Shown: in pieces, positions 25,398 to 39,269 of the stretch | How the letters are laid out: every line of letters starts with the position of its first letter | Position numbering within the stretch: position 1 is the first letter of the stretch | Assembly (NCBI RefSeq): GCF_006345805.1 | Contig: NW_021832134.1 | Span: forward strand, 1-64,000 | DNA length: 64,000 nucleotides | Reading direction: 5' to 3' | DNA from: Octopus sinensis | Taxonomy: Eukaryota | Program-made: the position numbers and the translations under genes | The notes under the pieces: model-generated | The model's database searches: none | Told to the model about the DNA's origin: nothing | What the model saw: only the letters and a program-made list of their open reading frames with translations

Positions 25398-25428
25398 TTA
25401 ACGTTTCGAGCCTACGCTCTTCCATAGA
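25398..25428 (-). ncRNA. Degenerate minimal hammerhead-like motif in a ~150-bp dispersed repeat (25305-25460)
   Basis: Minus: TT-CTATGGA-A-GAGC-GTAG-GCTC-GAAA-CGTT-AA; core deviates from CUGANGA. Confidence 0.35.
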
Positions 25429-25531
25429 ACGGAACACAGAAAGAAACAAGGAGAGAAAAAAAATTGTGTAGTGGCTAGCGATTAATCATGGCCAATGATA
25501 TATATGATATATATATGTGTGTGTATGTGTG

Positions 25532-25583
<52 letters not shown>

Positions 25584-25825
25584 TATATATACATACATAT
25601 GTATACACACACACACATATATATGCATATATATTGCAGAGAGTGAGAGAGAGAGAGTAGAGAAAGGAAGAGAGGTGAGGAAAAAAAGAAGCTAGTTAGA
25701 TAGCTTGATCGATAGATACGGGGTGTGAGAGAATGCCAGAACGAGATGATCTCCGTCAACTTTGTCCGGTCAATGATACCCACTCAAAATCTATGGCTTA
25801 CAAACAACTCTGATTGTCTACATAG

Positions 25826-26217
25826 TCTTTTACTCTTTTACTTGTTTCAGTCATTTGACTGCGGCCATGCTGGAACACCGCCTTTAGTCGAGCAAATCGA
25901 CCCCAGGACTTATTCTTTGTAAGCCTAGTACTTATTCTATCGGTCTCTTTTGCCGAACCGCTAAGTTACGGGAACGTAAACACCCCAGCATCGGTTGTCA
26001 AGCGATGTTGGGGACAAACACACACACAGACACATATATATATATACATATATACGACAGGCTTCTTTCAGTTTCCGTCTACCAAATCCACTCACAAGGC
26101 TCTGGTCGGCCCGAGGCTATAGTAGAAGACAATTGCCCAAGATGCCACGCAGTGGGACTGAACCTGGAACCATGTGGCTGGGAGGCAAGCTACTTACCAC
26201 AAAGCCACTCTTGCGCC
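25826..26217 (-). mobile_element. SINE family A, full length
   Basis: Reverse complement of the A consensus. Confidence 0.9.
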
Positions 26218-26824
26218 TTAGGGAAAAAGTAAGTGTATTGGCAGTTACGAACTCAACAGAAACACTCAAAAGACTGTTATAGCGACTTGAATCCATGGAT
26301 TACGGTAACCAATTGTTAGCCGCTTTATCTAACGATACAACCTCACAGTTAAACTTGAAGGATACGTAACTCTAACCTCATTGTTGGCTATCCGATAAAG
26401 TATCGCCTGAGTCATAAGCATTTTCCCTTGCGCTATATCTACCATGTAATGTATTCAGTTATTCATCATACATCCAATGTATTAGACACATTTTTTATTC
26501 TATATCTGTCGAGTCATCAATTTTGTAAAATTCTTTTTTGATCCTACTCAGTATTTTTCCTTTCGCATTGAAAATATTTGAGTCCTCTTAATACTTCCTC
26601 AGATCCCAAAACTGATAAACGCTGACATATCATCGAAGTAAAGCCAATATGATATAGATATATATATATATTTTACAAAGGCGCCAAACAATGGGACTTT
26701 GTAAGTGTCTGATGTTTATGCTTTTCTCAGAGTTATTGAACGTATGAGATACAGTTCAATCTGATAAAGATCTTTATCAGCAACTATTTAAAACACACCA
26801 TTGTATACTTCAGCGACATGCAGC

Positions 26825-27461
<637 letters not shown>

Positions 27462-27663
27462 TATATATAAAAACCTATATATATTTATCGATTTATTCAA
27501 CTAAAATCATTTAACGACTTATGTCTCACCATGGCCGGAGTCCAAAGACTGAAGCAAGACAGAAAACACACAAGATAAACTACAATAGTTTAGTTTCCCA
27601 AACAGATGGAAATCGCTAGAACCGTTGTATTAATGATATCATTAATAAATCGGAAATTTCTAG

Positions 27664-27697
27664 TGTAGGAGTGGCTGTGTGGTAAGTAGCTTGCTTA
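27664..27697 (+). mobile_element. SINE A head, 5' piece (split by insertion)
   Basis: TGTAGGAGTGGCTGTGTGGTAAGTAGCTTGCTTA; continues at 29937. Confidence 0.85.
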
Positions 27698-27708
27698 CAG
27701 GTTGCTTC

Positions 27709-27720
27709 TGCGCATGTGCA
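27709..27720 (+). promoter_or_regulatory. NRF1-like motif at the element 5' end
   Basis: TGCGCATGTGCA, one mismatch to TGCGCATGCGCA. Confidence 0.3.
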
Positions 27721-28362
27721 AGTCTGTTGTACTTGACACCGAAGATGTAAGACGTGTTTTTGAAAGCCGTCTTAAATTGAAGACTTTTGAATACTCAGCC
27801 GTAAGGTAAGAATTTTGGGGGTCTAGTGGGGACCTGTTGTATGCTGCAAATTATTTTTACAAGCAACAAGTCCTCACCAGGCTCTAGTCTGCTGGAGGCT
27901 GAGTGAAAATATTATTCACTTAATTGTGAAAATTATCGGTTTGGTAGGCGTATCCTGCCAAACTTTTGTTTGAAAATAGTGTTGTTCCTGTTAAGGAGTA
28001 CCTAGAAGAAATTTAGAATGATTTTTTAACTGTCTTACAGTTGTGTTAAATTTTGGCCGTAACGGTGACTTGAGAATTTTTTGAAAATTCTTCTTGTGAA
28101 TTCTAGTGGGCGTATCTCGCCAAAAAAAAAAAAAGAATAAGCCATTTGGATTACCTTTTTGGATTACCTTTTTGGAGTATTATACAAAGGATTCCGTGTC
28201 TGTGCTATTTGTGAGATTTTTCTTTTACTTTTCCCTTCTTCTATTATTTCTTTCTAAAAAGTTTTGGTTCATTCTTTTCATTACTTTAATTTCAGTTTCC
28301 TCCCCTCCCCTTTATATTGTTTTATTTTTATTCGGTTTAATTCTTTTGAACTGTTTTTTGAC

Positions 28363-29614
28363 ATGGCAGAGAAGGAACTTAAAAAGAAAAACTCTGTCTT
28401 AGAGTGGGAAATTAACCCGCTTAAGCAATGGTTAAAAGATATGGAAGAGAAGACGATGGTACTTAGAACATATTCTAAAGTTCTTAATTCCATCACCGTC
28501 TTCCCAAAACAAGTCATAAAAAATGAACTTAAAGAACATTTGTCCTCTGTAAAATACATATCCCGTGGTGTCAAACATGCAACCGTATGGTTGCTGTTTG
28601 ACAACGGGGAAAAGGCTCGCCAGTTTGCGAGTCAGGCAAGGAAATCCTGTTTCTCCCGTCATATTGTGGAAGAAAATTAATACGAGCCTGGATATGTGGG
28701 CTCCCCCCGGGCACCGAAGCGGATTGGATTGAAGATACCATCCGACGGGGACTGGGAGATGGCGGGCCCAGGCTCTTATATGTAAGAGTATTGCCGGCGG
28801 TCGATTGGGAAGGGTCAAAAGCGATTTTGACCCTGTGGACCCCATCGGCCGCAACAGAACTGGTTTTTCCAGATTTCTTGAAAATGGCTGGCTGCAGGTA
28901 TCCGGTGATACTTGAGGGACGTCCTCCAAAGTGTCACTCGTGCCTGCAGCCAGGCCATATTAAAAGGAACTGCCCCCAGGACCATGGTAAGGTCCTGGAA
29001 CAGTCACCAGATGCCACCTCCCCTACCCGGTCAAAGGGAGAGGTGGATGTGATCGAGGAGGCTTCAGCCTCCTCAACTCAAAAGGGATTAAAAAGGAAGA
29101 AGGCGGGCAACAATTGCCCGCCGAAGGAACCTAAGGCTTCGGAAGGTGGGGGAGAGTCTCCGGACAAAGCGGAAGGGCTCCACTCTCCCGAAGGCAGGAA
29201 GAAAAGAAAAAAAAGAACGGGTTATCTCAGCAGGGAGATGATGTGCCGACTGCATATCTCGAAGTTGTGCCACCCACGGTGGAAGAAACCACCCCCACCC
29301 TTAAAGATGATCAATTAATTATCTTTTTCTACAAGGGCGGGGAGGTGGAAAAAATAGTAGAAGAACTTAAAGAAACAGTAGATATGCCCTTCACACGGGA
29401 TCCCGAATGGCCTCCGCAGATAGCTGTGGAGGTCATAAGGTTTCCCTTGTGGGAAAGGCTTAAAGGATTTGGGGAGGAGTGTCGCATATGGCAGGGTGGC
29501 CCTTACACGACTTACATGTCCTACATGAGTGAGGCATGGGAAATGGCGGGATACAGGAACTCAAGCGGCACTGAAGATAATGATGAATATATCGATGGAT
29601 ATATCGAAGAGTAG
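28363..29614 (+). pseudogene. Frameshifted Gag/ORF1-like protein (~415 aa) with a CCHC zinc knuckle (L1/Tx1-like ORF1)
   Basis: MAEKELKKK...ARQFASQ // EILFLPSYCGRKLIRAWICGLPPG...VILEGRPPKCHSCLQPGHIKRNCP...GRKKRKK // ...DGYIEE*. Frameshifts near 28635 and in the A-run near 29210. Confidence 0.8.
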
Positions 29615-29936
29615 GAGATGAAAGACCCTCGTTACAGAGTTTGAAACCTCACCTTATTGGACTATTTTGTAGTGGTTTATAACCTCAATTTTGTGTTTTA
29701 AGAAAGAAAAAAGAAAATATGTTAAGTAAGAGGTTTTAGTGCCTCCTTCTTGTAAAAGGTTCGAAACCTTATATTGATTTAAAAAAAAAAAAGAAAATAT
29801 GTTTTCGAGAAAAATCCAATCGGCGGGTGTTGGGTTTCGTCTCTTATTTATTCATTATAATTCATTTTCATTCATTAATGTGTTTGTCCAGCCCGCAAAG
29901 CTCTTTGTACTGTCTATATGATAAATTTATGAAATA

Positions 29937-30105
29937 AAGTAACTTGCTTATGAACCGCATGGTTGCGAGTTTAGTCCCACTGCGTGGCACCTTGGGCAAG
30001 TGTCTTCTACTTTAGCTTCGGGATGACCAAAGCCTTGTAAGTGGATTTGGTAGACGGAAACTGAAAGAAGCCCGTCGAATGTATGTATGTATGTATGTAT
30101 GTATG

Positions 30106-30168
<63 letters not shown>

Positions 30169-30375
30169 ATGTGTTTGAGTGTCCGTGTTTGTTCCCCCAA
30201 CATCGCTTGACAACCGATGCTTGTGTGTTTACGTTCCGGTAACTTAGCGGTTCGGCAAAAGAGACCGATAGAATAAGTGCTAGGCTTACAAAGAATAAGT
30301 CCTGGGGTCGAGTTGCTCGACTAAAGGCGGTGCTCCAGCATGGCCACAGTCAAATGAAAGATACAAGTAAAAGAG
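29937..30375 (+). mobile_element. SINE A remainder (after the insertion)
   Basis: Resumes GAACCGCATGGTTGCGAGTTTAGTCCCACTGCGTGGCACCTTGGGCAAG through CAGTCAAATG. Confidence 0.9.
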
Positions 30376-30549
30376 ACTTTAACACTCCAGCTTTGTCGTA
30401 CAATTGAGGTTGCTTGATTTCTTGCTTGCCCCTTCAACTACCCACGGAATCGTATTGGCGTTGGTGTGACATGTTGCGCACAAGTCTTGTCCATCTGTCG
30501 TGGCCCTGTGCCAGAGCAGCGGTTTTCTCTAATGAGTTTACCAAATCGT

Positions 30550-30791
30550 CATCGACGTGATCTTCGTGATCATCGTCATCAGCAAAATAACATCAGGATC
30601 AAAGATCATTATCTTCGTCTTTGCGTCGCCGCCGTTATCCCCAACTCCACCTCCTCTTCATCATCATCATCTTCATCATCATCTTCATCATCATCATCTT
30701 TATCATCATCATCATCATCATCATCATCCTCATCATCATCATCATCACCACCACCACCACCACCACCACCACCACCACCACCACCACCACC

Positions 30792-30840
<49 letters not shown>

Positions 30841-31153
30841 ATTGCAGCTGCAGCAGCAGCAACAACAACAGTAACAACAGCAGCAGCAACAACAACAACA
30901 ACAACAAAATAAACGTATCTTCACAAATTATTTCAAGATGATGTTAAGACGAGGAAAAGCTAAACAGTCAAGAAACTTCTTTCTCTTCCCACTCCTCTTC
31001 GTCCTTGTTGTCGATGACATCACCATCATCATCATCGTCATCACCATCACCATCGTCACCATCATCTTCATCATCATCATCATCATCATCCTCATCATCA
31101 CCATCATCATTACCATCACCATCATCACCATCATCACCATCATCATCATCATC

Positions 31154-31217
<64 letters not shown>

Positions 31218-31640
31218 CCACCACCAACACCACCACCACCACCACCACCACCACCACCTCTCATTTTCCTTAATCACTTTCGTCATGGTCATTATTGTTT
31301 TTGATGTCGCTGCTGCTGTTGTTGGTGTTGTTGTTGTCGTTGTTGTTGCTCTTCTTCTCTTCTTCTTCTTCTTTTTCTTCTTCTTCTTCACCCTTTTCTT
31401 CCTCGTAATTAGATTGTCAATTCCAGTTAGTCGCCATGTCATGCAGCCTCCTCTCTTCACCTCTCCTCCTTAGTAAGGCATAACAAACGTACGCCACTCA
31501 ACAGTCCACATCAATCCTAACTTTACCACCACCACCACCACCACCACCACCACCACCACTATCACCACTACAATCCCCATCGTTCCCACCATCACCACTA
31601 TCAGCGCCGCCACAACCATCTTGGAATAATAACCACAACA
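30550..31640. repeat. Mosaic trinucleotide array (CAT, CAC, CAG, CAA, CTT, GTT)
   Basis: Direct reading. Confidence 0.95.
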
Positions 31641-31861
31641 GCGACAACATACTAATTGCTACGCCTCATAATTTTCCTAATCCGCATTAGCATCATCATC
31701 GTTGTCATCAGTGGTCATCACTGTTCTCTCCCCCTCCTCTTCCTCCTCCCCTCCCCTCATAACACAAGCCCACCACGAAACAGCTATCTTTATGTAAAGC
31801 AATAATAACGCAGTGAGGGTGAAAAGATGCTTCACTCCAGCCTGTGTTTACCGGTTGGCCA

Positions 31862-32072
31862 GCAATTTCTGTGCTCAAGGCCAGCAATTTCGGGGTAGGG
31901 TTAAATCGATTACATCGACCCCAGTATGCAACTGGTTCTTAATTTTTCGACGCCGAAATGGATGAAAGGCAAATTCGACCTCAGTGGAATTTGAACTCAG
32001 AACGTAAAGACGGACGAAATGCCGCTAAGCATTTTGCTCGGCATGCTGACGGTTCTGCTAGGTTGCCACCTT
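31862..32072 (-). mobile_element. SINE B variant
   Basis: GAATTTGAACTCAGAACGTAAAGACGGACGAAAT core; GCTGGCCTTGAGCAC tail. Confidence 0.8.
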
Positions 32073-32892
32073 AAATCTAATGCGAGCATATTGTAATCAT
32101 GTGGTTTAAGAACGTGTCTTGATCTTCTACAGACTTTGTGAGACGCCTTTTGAGTAAAATGTACACCATTGTATTTTTATAATGAAAAATTCTCAAATAG
32201 GAATGAAATACATATTTTGTTGGGAGGAAGAGGATAAATGGAACGTTGTGGGCAGGAAACTTCGTCGGAGAAAGAGGGGAAATGTTCACTGATAGTACTG
32301 AATGAGGAGATTGAATTTAGCGAGGAAGAGGGAGAAAGACAATAGGGAAGAATAAGAAAGGGAGGTAACAAGATGAAATACGTAGCAAGAGGGCAACGGC
32401 CAAACCAAGGAGATTATTAGCTCGAAGTGTATCAAAATTGAATAATCAGAAGAGAAGCTAAAGAAGAAAACAATAAATACCAAGGGAATTGAATTTGATT
32501 TTCGTCGGATCACCGAGGCTAGTGAGATCAATACGATTAACGTTCAGTTTAAACATCTTTAAAGATGATGTCTGCAGAAAAAGAAAACAAACAAATAAAA
32601 ATCGAAGCTTTCATGTAGTTATTCAAGTTATTATAACTAGGAGCTACATTTGCCGCAAATTATTTCGCTATCTAACAGGCTTCTCCAGTGAAGGGAAGCG
32701 CACATAATTCTTTTCAGGTCCTTTGATACTGGCAAGAAGAGGAGAGAGAAAATTGTTCTCTGACCACAGACCTGAGCCGTTAGAATGCAACAGAGTGGTC
32801 TTCGCTAAAGACACTCATAGACCAGTCTTGGTGTCAATCTGGGAGACGGATGAAAACTAGGAAGGAAACCGATGTAAACTTTAGTCACCTAT

Positions 32893-33286
32893 TCTTTTTT
32901 TTTGTTTCAGTCATTTGACTGCGGCCATGCTGGAGCACCGTCTTTTTAATCGAGCAAATCGACCTCCAGGACATATTCTTTGCAAGCCTAGTACTTATTC
33001 TATCGGTCTCTTTTTATCGAACCGCTAATTTACGGGGCCGTAAACACACCACCATCGGTCGTCAAGTGATATTGGTGGGACAAGCACAGACACACAAACA
33101 TACACACACATATATACATATATACGACGAGCTTCTTTCAGTTTCTGTCTACTAAATCCACTCAGAAGGCATTAGTCGGCCCGAGGCTATAGTAGAAGAC
33201 ACTTGTCCAAGGTGCCAAGCAGTGGGACTGAACCCGGAACCATGTGGTTGGTAAGCAAGCTACTACCACACAGCTACTCCTGCGCC
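32893..33286 (-). mobile_element. SINE family A, full length
   Basis: Reverse complement of the A consensus. Confidence 0.9.
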
Positions 33287-34099
33287 TATATATGTATATA
33301 TATATATAAATTATATACATAAATATGAATATAAATTATATATATATTATTCTGCACCTATATATAAAATGGGGGAATCGCTACGACAGAAACGTTTTTG
33401 ACTATAAGTTAGCTTGAGGAAAGCTGATCTTATTTTAAACAACAACAGCAACAATAACGACAGAGATGAGAAGAGTATTCCAGTTGCTTAAAACTTTTGA
33501 TGTGTCACAGGGACAAAATGGTAGGTGTATGATCAAATGCAATGAGACACAATAGGTGTAAACGAGTGGAGAGACGGGTGTGTATAGTAGGTCCATTTGG
33601 AGAGTGTATGCAGCTAGGTATTTCAACTGGCTAAATGTCTGAAGAATAATTATGAGATGCATCGTAGAAAGCTGAAATCAAATGGAAGTTAGCTTCAGAG
33701 ATTATATTTAATGTGGCAGGTTCAACAGATAAGACATGCCAGTTATAAAACTTCTCAAAGCACATGAGTATTTCAAAACCATAATATTCCCAAACCATGA
33801 TCAATATTGATGAGAATAAAACCAACAATGAAGGATGAGATGAGAATACAATAAAAAAATCATCACAAATTTTCAGATCATTTCAAGATATTTATTCGTT
33901 TGTGGATCGAAAAACTGTAAACTGAATGCTTGGCACGTAACAAATATCTTTAGAGAAAGGTGCACATAAAATAGGACTTTCTCAAGCTGACACAGGGTCA
34001 CTGCTGTAGGGTTGAAGCAAAATCGATCGAAATGATCTCAATGGATTGCCCAGTACATATTTTATCGACGGCTTGCTAGAATCAGTACAGTTTTCGACA

Positions 34100-34680
34100 A
34101 AATATATATGTTACTTAAAAAAAGATTTTGCGATCAAATTCAGTCCAAGTCTAATCGAATGGAACAACCCTAGAACTTATTTGTTTAAGGTAAGGTCTGG
34201 TACATATTCTACCGCTCTCTTTTACCGAACCGCTAGATTACAGAACCGTAAACACACCAACACCTGTTGTTTAGCAGTGGTGAGAGACAAACACAAGCAC
34301 CAAGTCACACAAACACGCACACACTCACATACACATACACAAGCACACGCACACACATACAAATATATATATATATATAATAATAAATATTTGAGGGAAT
34401 ATTATTCCTAACTTACAGGGAAAAATTCAATTTCGAAATACTAAATCAAATTTCACAAAATTTAATTGTTCATTTTGAATTGATAAAAGGTGTTCTTTTC
34501 TAATTTATATATATACAACGAGCTTCCTTCAGTTTCCAACCACCATATGTGCTTACAAATCTTTGGTCGGCTCAAGGCTATAGCAGAAGATGCTTGCCCA
34601 GGGTGCCATGTAATGAAAGCGAACTCGGAACCATGTGGTTCGGAATCAAATATCTAAACACGCAGCCAGGCTTGTGCCTA
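34100..34680 (-). mobile_element. Older SINE A, halves separated by ~200 bp
   Basis: 3' half at about 34100-34300, head half at 34519-34680. Confidence 0.65.
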
Positions 34681-35544
34681 TAAAACTGTGGTTTTATACA
34701 CAGACACACGCACACAGACACAGACACAGACAGACAGATAGATACACACACATACACACGCGCGCGCGAAACGCGGGAGGAGGCTGGTCGCTCATGAGCA
34801 GCGTTTGATGTTATTCCAATCAAGGAATCTTTTAGTGCGGCACCCTACGCACTATTATTTATAGCTTTATCTTTTTCGATTCCCCCATCAAAAACTATTT
34901 ATTTCAGTTCTCTCGAAGTTACTAAATTCTTATCAGGTGAGCAATACACACACACACATCCATGCGTACATACATATATTCATATATACATGCATACATA
35001 CATGGTAGAGTCTGATCACCTCTGGTACTCAGGCCTTAGATCCATCATGACATCTGATGTGGCTTTTTAAACCAATGTATTGAAAAGACACCCACACAGA
35101 TTGCATATCTGATTTGGACAACCAAGAGCTACAGCGAAGTTCTAATCTTTGTGGATCTTAAAATGTCTTTCGACATACATCCAAGCATGCATGTATACCT
35201 ACCTACCTACCTACCTATACATACTTACATACCAATACCTACTAACATACCTACATGCATACATATATATATATATACATACATGCATAACGTGGATAGA
35301 GGAAAATCTAAGGCGAGTCGTCTTGAAGCACATCAGGTTATCCAGTATTACAATCAAGTAAGTAGTTGTTATTATTTGATTCTCTGAAGAATTCATAATA
35401 GGGAATTTCTCACATGCTTATCCAACATGTACAATTTTATGATTCCTATTATAAAGGAATAATTTATAATGGTGAATAGATGAAATCAAAAGCTTTTCCA
35501 GATTCCGGTTTTAACACACACACACACACACACACACACACTTA

Positions 35545-35960
35545 TATCTTTCATCTTTTATTTTTTGTTTCAGTCATTAGACAGCGGCCATGCTGGGGCA
35601 CCACCTTGTAGAATTTTTTAGTCAAATGAATCGACCCCAGTACATAAATTTTTGCTAAGCCTGGTACTCATTCTATCAGACCCTTTTGCCGAACCGCTAA
35701 GCTACGGTGATGTAAACACACCAACACCGGTTGTCAAGCGGTGTGGGGATAAATACAGACACGATAACACATACACACACGTATACACTTATATGTATAC
35801 GGCGGAATTCTTTCAGATTACGTCTACCAAATCCACTCACAAGGGTTTTTGGTTGACCCGAAGCCAAAGTAGAAGACACTTGCCCATGGTTCTAAGCAGT
35901 GGGACTGAACCCGGAACCATGTGATTAGGAAGCAAACTTCTTACCAGAGCTACGCCTGTA
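35545..35960 (-). mobile_element. SINE family A
   Basis: TTTCAGTCATTAGACAGCGGCCATGCTGG ... GAACCCGGAACCATGTG. Confidence 0.85.
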
Positions 35961-35961
35961 C

Positions 35962-36043
<82 letters not shown>

Positions 36044-36151
36044 AATCTATCTATCTAGTTATCTCTATCTATCTATCTATATTTAAAATAAGTGGTGTGT
36101 GCATATAGTATATATATATATATATATAATATATAGATATATATATATATA

Positions 36152-36193
<42 letters not shown>

Positions 36194-36854
36194 AAATAAA
36201 TAAAATATATACATATAATATATATATATATATGTATTTTTAAATATATATATATAATATAACGTATATATGTTATATATATTATATAAATATATAATAT
36301 ATAAATATATACATATATATATATTATATATATATATATATATCTATTATATATGTGGTATGTATGTATGTATATATTAATGCAAAACTGATGTGGTCGG
36401 TTGCATCGAAGGATCCAGTACTTGATTGACTGATATTTTTTCTAGAATATCGCAGAAGTTTGAAAGGCAAATGCAATCCTAAAGTCAGAGTATTAAGGGA
36501 CACAAAAACACTAAAAAAAAACAACAGCAACACTTTATCGTTTTTTGCCAGTCGACTGCATATAAAATATAGTAATAGGATGCACATTAACTTTGATGGT
36601 TCTGAACACTGAAATTATCATAGGGCGAAAAGGGTTTTTTTTTTGTTTTTAGAAAATTATCATCGATTAGGGCAAGGGTTTTCAAAGGGACGGCTCATCC
36701 ATGAACTTGGAGTTTTTGTTAAAAAAAACAGAAATTAGCAAAATATAAAATATCAATGGTTTTGTTCTCGTAACGGAAGAGCAATTTGAATCCTATTAAT
36801 TTCGGGTTGTTTGGAGCATTCTGCGTTTCTGCGAATACGAATGGGAAAAACGAG

Positions 36855-36859
36855 TGCGT

Positions 36860-36896
<37 letters not shown>

Positions 36897-37528
36897 TGTG
36901 TATGTGTGTGCGTATGTATATGTGTGTGTGTATGTGTGTGTATATGTGTGTGTGTGTATGCGTGTGTATGTGTGTGTATGTGTTTGTGTATGTGTGTATG
37001 TTATGTAAACGTGGCCGAATGCACCAGCCTGTATATGTGTGGTTATGCATGTGTGTATATTCCTGTATGTGTGTGTGCGTGCGTGCGTGTGCATGTATGT
37101 GTATGTGTGTGTGTGTGCGTTTGTGTGTGTGTGCGTTTGTGTGTGTGTGTGTATTTGGCAATGAGGATCATTGGAATACCGATTTCAAGAAGACTTCGGA
37201 AATATAAATCGATAGTCAGGAAAAATCTGGCGAACTGTTCCAGGTGATTCTTTCACTGATCTACCAATTTTCCCTTCCAATCAATTTCTCCTATCCCCTC
37301 TCTTTTCAAACACACACACACTCACACATTACACATACACGCAAGCACACATCAAAACAAACACACACGTATTTACCCATTATCCATCCACCCATCTACG
37401 TATCAGTCTCTCTCACCCTCCCTCTTTTCCTCTCTCTTTATATATATATATATATATATATTATATTTGTACATATGCACATACACATATATGCTTAAAT
37501 ATACATGCAAACGCCCATTAAAATACGC

Positions 37529-37571
<43 letters not shown>

Positions 37572-37779
37572 GTGGGTATATTTACAAATGGATAGATGGA
37601 TATAGATATATATAGGCCCGTATAAATAAATAAATATATGCACATATTCATTTAAATACGTGTATATATATTTACACACACACACAAATATATATATACA
37701 TATACATACACGCACATATATATATGCATATGCATACACACACATACATATACATACATACACAATTACATTTATCTAC

Positions 37780-37814
<35 letters not shown>

Positions 37815-37947
37815 CATATATATATATCCATATGTATGTATATATATATATATATATATATACGCATATATATACATGCACATGTATATGTATATATTTA
37901 TTGTTATATAGATATACATTCATATTAAAATATATATGTGAAGTAAG

Positions 37948-37989
<42 letters not shown>

Positions 37990-38459
37990 TATATATCTAT
38001 ATATATATACATGCATACATATATATTTACATATATATGTATACGCACACACTCATACACACACACACACATATATATATATGTGTACTTATATATATAC
38101 ATATACACCGTACTTTCCTAATGTTTTACATGAATAACAACAGCAGCCGAAGGGATCGTCCAAACACCCCACCCCTCTTGCTGCAATCTATTCTGGGAAT
38201 TACATATTCTTGACACAATCAACTCCACTTCAAAGAAAATATTTCCTGTTTCATGCTTCAAGATATGAATATGTATATTTGAGTGTGTGTACATGTGATA
38301 TATATATATATATATACATGTATGTATATATATGTTTGTATGTATGTATATATATATGTTTGTATGTATGTATGTATGTATGTATGTATGTAGATATATA
38401 TATATATATATATATGTTATATATATGTTTGTATGTATGTATAATATATGTAATATATC

Positions 38460-38495
<36 letters not shown>

Positions 38496-38829
38496 TATAT
38501 ACCTATATATGTATATATATATGTTGTATGTATGTATGTATATATATATGTTGTATGTAGTATGTATGTATGTTTGTATTTATATGTGTGTGTGTGTGTT
38601 CGTGCAATATATATATATGTATGAAATGCATATATGTAAACATGTATGTACGCGTATGTATGCTCGTACGCATATACACACGCGCACACACACACACGCA
38701 CACACACGCACACACACACACGCGCACACATACGCACACATATTAGAAATGGGATATGCATGTATAGACATTTATCTATTATATATATGTATGTACATAC
38801 GCACGCACACACGCACACACACACACACA

Positions 38830-38875
<46 letters not shown>

Positions 38876-39015
38876 GTGTGTGTACTTTCAACTATTCATA
38901 CATATACTTGTATGTATGTGATATGCTTGGAAAATACACACCCTCAGTCTCTGTCTGTCTGTCTGTCTTTATCTCTCTCACTCACTCTCTCTCTCTCTCT
39001 CACACACACACACGC
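36855..39015. repeat. Extended compound (TG)/(TA)/(CA)/(TATG) microsatellite field
   Basis: Direct reading; short unique spacers only. Confidence 0.9.
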
Positions 39016-39269
39016 AAACATACTTAATGATGGATGCGTATGTAGACAGACAATAAGAGTTATAGAGGAATACACTGATAACTGGTTAGAGAAATTGATA
39101 GCGATTTGTGAATATGCATAGGGAAGGAAAGAAAGAAAGATATGTGGGTAGAAGAAATAGAGACATACTAATGGAGATGACGGGTATGGGGAGGGGTAGA
39201 GACATAATGAGGATGATATAGGATGCGGATGTACGGGTGTAAAAATGAGGAAGTGAGAGTTGCTATTAG

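Larger units (their letters stand above)
27698..29936 (+). mobile_element. 2.24-kb RT-less Gag/ORF1-only insertion with 14-bp TSD
   Basis: AAGTAGCTTGCTTA (27684-27697) vs AAGTAACTTGCTTA (29937-29950). AATAAA at 29933-29938. No TIR, LTR or pol-like sequence seen. Confidence 0.85.

Noticed and set aside
33440-33830. Possible AP-endonuclease C-terminal relic (FDHTPTIL) on the minus strand
   Set aside because: Single weak motif with stops; not distinguishable from chance
34765-34790. E2F-like GCGCGAAA GC-rich patch as a promoter
   Set aside because: It arises at the end of a (CA)/(CG) repeat, with no CpG island or downstream exon
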